A stretch of 64,000 nucleotides of DNA from a bacterium (GTDB lineage Bacteria > Sysuimicrobiota > Sysuimicrobiia > Sysuimicrobiales > Kaftiobacteriaceae), in contig JBIOWP010000107.1 in the NCBI GenBank assembly GCA_044868695.1, forward strand, positions 4,966-68,965. The letters are read 5' to 3'. Numbering within the stretch: position 1 is the stretch's first letter; the number at the start of each line of letters is the position of its first letter. The position numbers and the translations under genes were made by a program. Below the pieces are notes generated by a model. The model saw only the letters and a list, made by a program, of their open reading frames with translations. It was not told where the DNA came from and made no database searches. Of the stretch, positions 62,371 through 64,000 are shown piece after piece.

Positions 62371-64000
62371 GGTAAGAAATCTCACCCATTCCTCGCGCGT
62401 CTCGATGGCGGCGTGTTGCTCGCCGACGGCGCGATGGGCACGCTGCTGTATGCCCGCGGCGTGGCGTTCGACCAGTGCTTTGACGAGCTAAACCTCAGCC
62501 GTCCCGACGTGGTCCGCCAGATCCACCTGGACTACATCGACAGCGGGGCCGGCCTGATCGAAACCAACACCTTCGGCGCCAACCGGTTCAAGCTCGCCCA
62601 GCACAACCTGGCGCACCGCCTGGCCGAGATTAACCGCGCCGGCGCGGCCCTCGCCCGCGAGGCGGTCGGAAACCGCGAGGTGTTCGTGGCCGGGTCGATG
62701 GGCCCGATCGGCCGGCCCATGGCGCCCCTCGGCACCGTCGCCGCGGAGGAAGTGCGCGACGCGTACGCGGAGCAGGCGGCCGCGCTGGTCGAGGGCGGGG
62801 CGGACGTGCTGATTTTGGAAACGTTCACCGATCTTAGTGAACTGTTGGAGGCTGTTCGCGGAGTACGGTCCGCGGCCACCGTGCCGGTCATAGCGCAGAT
62901 GACCTTTACACAGGAAGGCAAGACACTGCTGGGCCACGCGCCGGCTGAGATCGTACGGGCCCTGGAGCGGCTCAAGGTGGAAGTCGTCGGCGCGAACTGC
63001 AGCGTGGGCTCCCAGGGCATCCTGGAGGTCATGCAGCAGATGGCGGATGCGGCGACGTCCGCGAAGCTCTCTGCGATGCCCAACGCCGGCTTCCCCGCGT
63101 TCGTCGGCGGCCGCTACATCTACTTCTCGACCCCGCCGTACATGGCAGGCTATTCTAGACAACTGGCCGCGCTGGGCGTGCGCGTCATCGGCGGATGCTG
63201 CGGGACAACCCCCGAGCACATTGCGGCCATGCGCGAGGCGCTGGCAAGGCCGGCGGCCGGGCCGGGCCTGTCAATTCCTGGGGACCTGCGCCCATCGCGC
63301 CCGGCACCTGAGCCGGAGACCGCTCCGGCGCCTGCCGTCCGGCCTCAAGCACCGACCACGCTGGCCCAGAAGCTCGGCAAGGCGTTTGTGATTTCCGTCG
63401 AGATCGATCCGCCCCGGGGCGTGCACGATCGCCGGGAGCTGGACGGGTGCCGCCGCTTGAAGGAAAGCGGCGTGGATGTCATCGACGTCGCCGACAACCC
63501 GATGGCGAGGCTGCGGATGAGCCCGTGGGCGATGTGCTCACGCATCCAGTCCGAGGTCGGCATCGAGACGGTGCTGCACTTTACGACGCGCGATCGCAAC
63601 CTGGTCCGGCTGCAGTCCGACCTCCTGGCTGTACACGCCCTGGGCGTGCGCAACGTGCTCGTCCTGCGCGGGGATCCCCCACAGATGGGCGACTACCCGA
63701 ATGCGACCGCGGTGTCCGATGTCAAACCTTCAGGGCTCGTCCGGCTGATAAAGGACTTCAACCAGGGCCGCGATGTAGCGGGTAACGCCATCGGGACGCC
63801 GACTGCGTTCACCGTCGGCGTCGCGCTCAACCTGGCCGCCCCCGATCTGAGCAAGGAAGCGAAGGCTCTGGAACGCAAGGTGGAGGCCGGGGCCGACTTC
63901 ATCTGCACGATGCCTATCTACGAGCCCGAGGCGCTGGATCGGTTCGCCCGCCTGACGAGGCTGCCGGTGCCGGCGCTGGTGGGGGTACTGCCCCTGGTCA
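62356..64000 (+). CDS. Bifunctional homocysteine S-methyltransferase / methylenetetrahydrofolate reductase (YitJ-like), 3'-truncated
   Basis: Hand translation: DGAMGTLL, IETNTFGANR, LETF, GANCSVG, MPNAGFP, GGCCGTTPEHI (Zn ligands), then MTHFR domain (SVEIDPP, DNPMARLR, RDRN, LRGDPP). Only in-frame start before the conserved region is TTG at 62356. Absent from the ORF track. Confidence 0.9.
   Translation, partial: MGLGTGKKSHPFLARLDGGVLLADGAMGTLLYARGVAFDQCFDELNLSRPDVVRQIHLDYIDSGAGLIETNTFGANRFKLAQHNLAHRLAEINRAGAALAREAVGNREVFVAGSMGPIGRPMAPLGTVAAEEVRDAYAEQAAALVEGGADVLILETFTDLSELLEAVRGVRSAATVPVIAQMTFTQEGKTLLGHAPAEIVRALERLKVEVVGANCSVGSQGILEVMQQMADAATSAKLSAMPNAGFPAFVGGRYIYFSTPPYMAGYSRQLAALGVRVIGGCCGTTPEHIAAMREALARPAAGPGLSIPGDLRPSRPAPEPETAPAPAVRPQAPTTLAQKLGKAFVISVEIDPPRGVHDRRELDGCRRLKESGVDVIDVADNPMARLRMSPWAMCSRIQSEVGIETVLHFTTRDRNLVRLQSDLLAVHALGVRNVLVLRGDPPQMGDYPNATAVSDVKPSGLVRLIKDFNQGRDVAGNAIGTPTAFTVGVALNLAAPDLSKEAKALERKVEAGADFICTMPIYEPEALDRFARLTRLPVPALVGVLPLV

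Noticed and set aside
1-64000. tRNA (including tRNA-Sec), rRNA, SAM riboswitch, prophage or defence island
   Set aside because: No cloverleaf/T-loop, rRNA or S-box signatures seen by eye and no phage, integrase or recognised defence genes; a covariance-model scan would be needed to exclude small RNAs formally.

Overview
This is a GC-rich bacterial chromosomal window with about 60 mostly housekeeping genes. I see no rRNA, tRNA, CRISPR array, integrase or transposase. Main blocks: (i) a NitT/TauT-type ABC importer with SDR, FAH-family and beta-propeller neighbours; (ii) thyX with overlapping NrdR and DnaA boxes; (iii) iscS followed by a complete complex I operon (nuoA-N, with NuoE and NuoF fused) and fixCX; (iv) yjjX-alaX-fpg-DUF62, ccdA, an S41 protease, an M20 peptidase, an acyl-CoA dehydrogenase, a CYTH/DNPH1(Rcl) fusion, an ABC-class ATPase and trpB2; (v) an FTR1 iron permease followed by a small MerT-like membrane protein; (vi) a sulfur hub of cystathionine lyase, sulfur carrier ending GG-L, CBS, SbnI/SerK-like serine kinase, CysM-like synthase, Mec/JAB, Rrf2, SigH/RshA-like pair, MoeB-rhodanese, HesB and NifU; (vii) rtcB-speE-acyl-CoA dehydrogenase-YitJ-like. 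Strongest new signal: the MerT-like gene (43018-43308) is only partly shown in the ORF track. Its two metal-binding Cys positions are both TGA codons (ASW-TGA-TGA-LVAP), followed by a SECIS-like hairpin, so it is a candidate tandem-selenocysteine (UU) metal transporter coupled to an FTR1 permease. Second: a free-serine-kinase-like gene sits inside a CysM/sulfur-carrier/Mec cysteine pathway. Intergenic regions carry several families of short repeats. Family assignments come from motif recognition by eye; no database searches were run.
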